Source of the DNA: Octopus sinensis
Lineage: Eukaryota
Direction of reading: 5' to 3'
Length of the DNA: 64,000 nt
NCBI RefSeq assembly: GCF_006345805.1
Contig: NC_043015.1
Span: forward strand, 40,858,001 to 40,922,000
Shown here: piece by piece, positions 62,313 through 64,000 of the stretch
How the letters are laid out: each line of letters opens with the position of its first letter
How positions within the stretch are numbered: position 1 is the first letter of the stretch
The notes under the pieces: generated by a model
Database searches by the model: none
The model's input: only the letters and a program-made list of their open reading frames with translations
What the model was told of the DNA's origin: nothing
Program-made: the position numbers and the translations under genes

Positions 62313-64000
62313 TATTGATCTTTATGAGCAATAAATTGGTTTTACTGTTGCTATACACAAATTATTGGGTATTTTGTTAGGATTTTATTTCTGTAAATTT
62401 TTAAAATATTTTACATAATCTAAACAATTTTACTCAACTTTTACATAAGAATATATAGCCCAGTTTACCTAACCGTAATTAGGTACCACAGTATGGTATA
62501 TTTCATTGTACTGTGTCCATAGCACAGTCTGCCTAACTGTAAATGGGTACCACAGTGTGGTACAGTTAATTCAGTCTTTTGTGTGATAATGGTCTCAAAA
62601 AGAGTTAGTAGGATTGGTAAAGGGAGTTATAGTGTATTGTGAGGGAGTATAGATGTAAGGGGAGACGGATGAAAAGGTTGTGTGTGTGAGAGAAGGGTCT
62701 AGGCCAGTAGTTCTCAACAAGGGGTCCATATAAGATTTTGTTGTTGAAGTTTATCTACAATGAATTAGTTATACTTTCTGCAGCCCTCAAAATATTTGGA
62801 CAATTTTTTAATACGAATCCTATAAAAATTTAATTATAAAAATATATAATTTTTGAAATGTGGAATCGTTATGGGTGTCGAGAAGACTAAAATAGGGAAC
62901 AAAGGGATGCATAGGTAGAAAAAAATGGTTGCAAGGCACTGGTCTAGATGTAGCAGAAGTGACAGACCTTCCCCACTGACACACACTAATCAGTGAGAAA
63001 TTAAGAAGAGAGAGAAGACGGGGGGGGGGGGGGGTAGAAAGATGTGGAGGTAAAGCAAAGATATTTAGAATCTCTCCTCTTTTCCTTCCACTGACCTCAT
63101 CCAGTCACACTCCAAATCTCAATGTCTGATATTACATTCAGGTTGAGTGCAAGTGACAGGCTCCCCATGAGTGGAGTGGAGCAGTTGTACCAACCCTTCC
63201 CTAAGACATGATATAGGTTTTGCTCTTGTATCTCTCTGTGATGAGGGAGTGTACAGTGGAGTGGAATGTGGTGGGGGTGGGGGTAGTTTGAAGGAGAGTA
63301 GTCCCCTCCCACTCCTTCTCCTTAATCCCCCACCCCCCATGCCAATTAACCCCCCTCCTCTTCCTCCCTCCCCAACGTACTCAGCACTCACCAGTTTCCT
63401 GTTTGGTAATATACCCTCTCCATACCCAGCGACCAGATTAATCATTCTAGCGGATATTAATCCATACCTATATTCTGTCTGTGTGTCACTTACCCCCTCA
63501 TCTCTCCCCTCCACCCAACCCATCCACTCACCCCTTTCTCTCTTCCTCTTCTCCTGCCATCACCCCCCTCCCCAATTCTGCTAAGTATCTACCCTAATCT
63601 CATCTTATTATGTTTGCTCAGTTTCACTTTGGTGGTGGTGGTGGTGGTGTATGTGTATGGTAGGGTGTATTGGTGATGGTATACTGATGTGTGGTGGTGG
63701 TGGTAGTGGTGGTTTATGTAGTAGTAACTAGAAGGAGAAAAATTAAAGAAATAGGGAGCAGAGTGTGAGTCCCTCTGTGAATTAAATATTGTGATATTGG
63801 CTCATATGTAACTCTGCAGGAACGGCCCTATATTTCAGGATAATGAGGTAAGATGTTGTGATGTTCATGCCTTTCCTATAGATATTGTCTATGGAAACAA
63901 AGGGTAGAGAAATAGCACCAAGAAAGGACCAAAACTTTGGTCACCATTTAGAAACTAATTTTGGGGTTGATGAATTAAATACTAGTTGAGTACTGGGGTC

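Noticed and set aside
63119-63584. Opposed 134/137 aa ORFs
   Set aside because: G/C-run low-complexity sequence, no ATG context or recognisable homology

Overview
Repeat-dense, AT-rich eukaryotic DNA with no recognisable intact protein-coding gene. The SINE and microsatellite repertoire looks like a cephalopod (Octopus-type) intronic or intergenic region; the taxon is inferred, not confirmed. Almost all supplied ORFs are artefacts of microsatellites or SINEs. Supported content: several tRNA-headed SINE families, many 5'-truncated RTE LINE 3' ends, decayed RTE/RTE-X, CR1-like and RLE-type LINE coding fragments, piggyBac-type TTAA MITEs, a non-autonomous Helitron and a decayed U6 snRNA copy. 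The most notable signal is a set of short fold-back (inverted-repeat) insertions. Three are flanked by 10-12 bp target-site duplications, and several carry minimal type-I hammerhead ribozyme folds with self-complementary helix III (at least four unrelated families), as expected for Penelope-like element derivatives. One has an apparent G3:C8 swap in the catalytic core. Coordinates of degenerate repeats are approximate.
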